Below are positions 44,039 to 45,355 of a stretch of DNA of 45,355 nucleotides, piece by piece (position 1 is the stretch's first letter; each line of letters opens with the position of its first letter). A model generated the notes under the pieces. It was not told the origin of the DNA. It was given only the letters and a program-made list of their open reading frames with translations, and made no database searches. A program made the position numbers and the translations under genes. The DNA comes from an uncultured bacterium (lineage in GTDB: Bacteria; CSSED10-310; CAZUFC01): contig CAZUFC010000041.1 in the NCBI GenBank assembly GCA_964619725.1, positions 1 to 45,355 of the forward strand. The letters run 5' to 3'.

Positions 44039-45289
44039 TTACTCCCATCCAAAAGAACACATTCCGTAATCGCCTGCGAAATCGAATGTGCCTGCGTGGA
44101 AGATAGCTGCCCAGAAGACGATTCCATAAGCCTCGCCGGCTCCGCTCGGCCATTCGAATTCAAGAATGGTTTCTTCATAAGTCGTCCAGGGTTCAAGGAC
44201 CCGGTTGACGTAATCCATTTCCTGAGTCCATGACGGCCAGAACCAGTATTCTCCCCAGACATCCAGCAGGATGTATTCATCAACTTCGAGTCCCGGAGCA
44301 GGATTGTTGATGAAGGTCCACAGGTGGAAAAGGTCTCCGGCCTGATATATCGGCTGATTACAGAAAATGTCTATGCTTCTGGGGCCGGGGGTCGGCGTTG
44401 CTGTCGGCTGCGGGGGACTCGTCGGAGTCGCATCATAACCCGTAGTGAAGTTCCAGACATCGCCCGGCGTCGTGAATTCATAATCTTTTGAATCTATTCT
44501 CCAATAATATGTCTGATTTTCATCTAAAGTGTAAGGGATTTCCCACCAATCATCCGAATGATCCTCTACAACCAGCGGCGGAGGACTCGTCGTCCCGAAA
44601 CGAATGTCGTACCAGAGTTGATCATCGTCAGGATCGTATCCTGTCCACATCAGAATCAGGTTCAAAGCGGTTCCGGTTTCACCGTCTGCCGGTTCGGGTT
44701 CCGATGCCGGGTCCGGAGGATTGTTATATGGATGAATTCCCAGGTCGGCCGCCGTAAAAATGCTGTACAATTCGGAATCAGAAGTGACGAAAGTCGGCTC
44801 CCAGGAAAATGGTGCATGGAAAGGATCAATGTTCTCCATTTGAGGTCCCCTGGACTTCAGCAATGGCGGCTCCTTCTCAGATTTCAGCAACGAAACGCCG
44901 GGATTCGCGTTTGATTTTAGTATTCCCTCATCATAGGAGCTTATCGTTTTCTTGTTGCCGTATACGGCGCTCAGAATCGGCGGTGTATTGTGGATGCGGC
45001 GAAGCTGCTGAAAACTTCTATATAACAGCTTGTCTTCTTTGAAAATTTTTACGCCGGAAATCAATTCGTCCGATCCTGATAAATTCATTCTGGCATCCGA
45101 TGATCTCAAAGGCTTGTTAAATGATCGCCAAAATTTTATAAGTCTGTTTGAATTAAAAACGCTGCTCAGCGTTTTGCTGAATTCGCCTGCATAGATTGAA
45201 TCCGAAAAATCAGTCGCAACAATCATTAATGCAAAAGCGAGGACCGCCGCCAAGGTGATAAGCGGCCATTTCCATAATTTCTTCCTCAT
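44039..45289 (-). CDS. Secreted/anchored protein with an FN3-like domain, Thr/Pro linker and conserved C-terminal domain
   Basis: GGAGG RBS; N-terminal hydrophobic helix; PEPADGET...LMWTGYDPDDD...YDIRFGT...YYWRID...VWNFTT; ATPTSPPQPTATPTP linker. Confidence 0.85.
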   Translation of the reverse strand: MRKKLWKWPLITLAAVLAFALMIVATDFSDSIYAGEFSKTLSSVFNSNRLIKFWRSFNKPLRSSDARMNLSGSDELISGVKIFKEDKLLYRSFQQLRRIHNTPPILSAVYGNKKTISSYDEGILKSNANPGVSLLKSEKEPPLLKSRGPQMENIDPFHAPFSWEPTFVTSDSELYSIFTAADLGIHPYNNPPDPASEPEPADGETGTALNLILMWTGYDPDDDQLWYDIRFGTTSPPPLVVEDHSDDWWEIPYTLDENQTYYWRIDSKDYEFTTPGDVWNFTTGYDATPTSPPQPTATPTPGPRSIDIFCNQPIYQAGDLFHLWTFINNPAPGLEVDEYILLDVWGEYWFWPSWTQEMDYVNRVLEPWTTYEETILEFEWPSGAGEAYGIVFWAAIFHAGTFDFAGDYGMCSFGWE

Positions 45290-45355
45290 TGTATCCTCCC
45301 GTCTTCGAGTAAATGTTTGATCAAAAGTTCATCATTCTTTTATTAAAACTATTTT

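Noticed and set aside
1-45355. CRISPR array, tRNA or rRNA genes; the many antisense and alternate-frame ORFs in the track
   Set aside because: No repeat-spacer periodicity, cloverleaf or rRNA motifs seen; the short ORFs lie inside well-supported genes.

Overview
45 kb of a moderately AT-rich bacterial chromosome, probably from an uncultured anaerobic lineage. Left: cell-surface genes (a SAM methyltransferase split by one in-frame TAG, a polysaccharide pyruvyltransferase, a GT9, a YfhO/GT-C membrane protein) and a secreted M28 peptidase. Middle: an accessory block with two B12-binding radical SAM enzymes (one PhpK-like), a 1950-aa Ser/Thr kinase-AAA-TPR-GAF-PAS-His kinase-receiver hybrid and a double-PilZ protein with a probable GNAT-type C-terminus. 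This is followed by a nitrilase-plsC-fabF-TPR operon. Right: housekeeping genes (khpA, ribF, nrdR, PP2C phosphatase, gatCAB, mtnP, an RpoD-like sigma factor), a five-gene operon around an orphan GlmL/MutL-like ASKHA ATPase, and a second secreted protein. Best leads: (i) an unnamed 113-aa C-terminal domain behind a Thr/Pro linker, shared by two unrelated secreted proteins (candidate sorting/anchoring signal); (ii) the kinase / radical SAM / PilZ-GNAT module, bracketed by two copies of one MITE-like repeat; (iii) the mutase-less GlmL operon; (iv) two MITE families; (v) kb-scale GC-skew flips. No rRNA, tRNA or CRISPR array seen. All family calls come from motifs recognised by eye, not from database searches.
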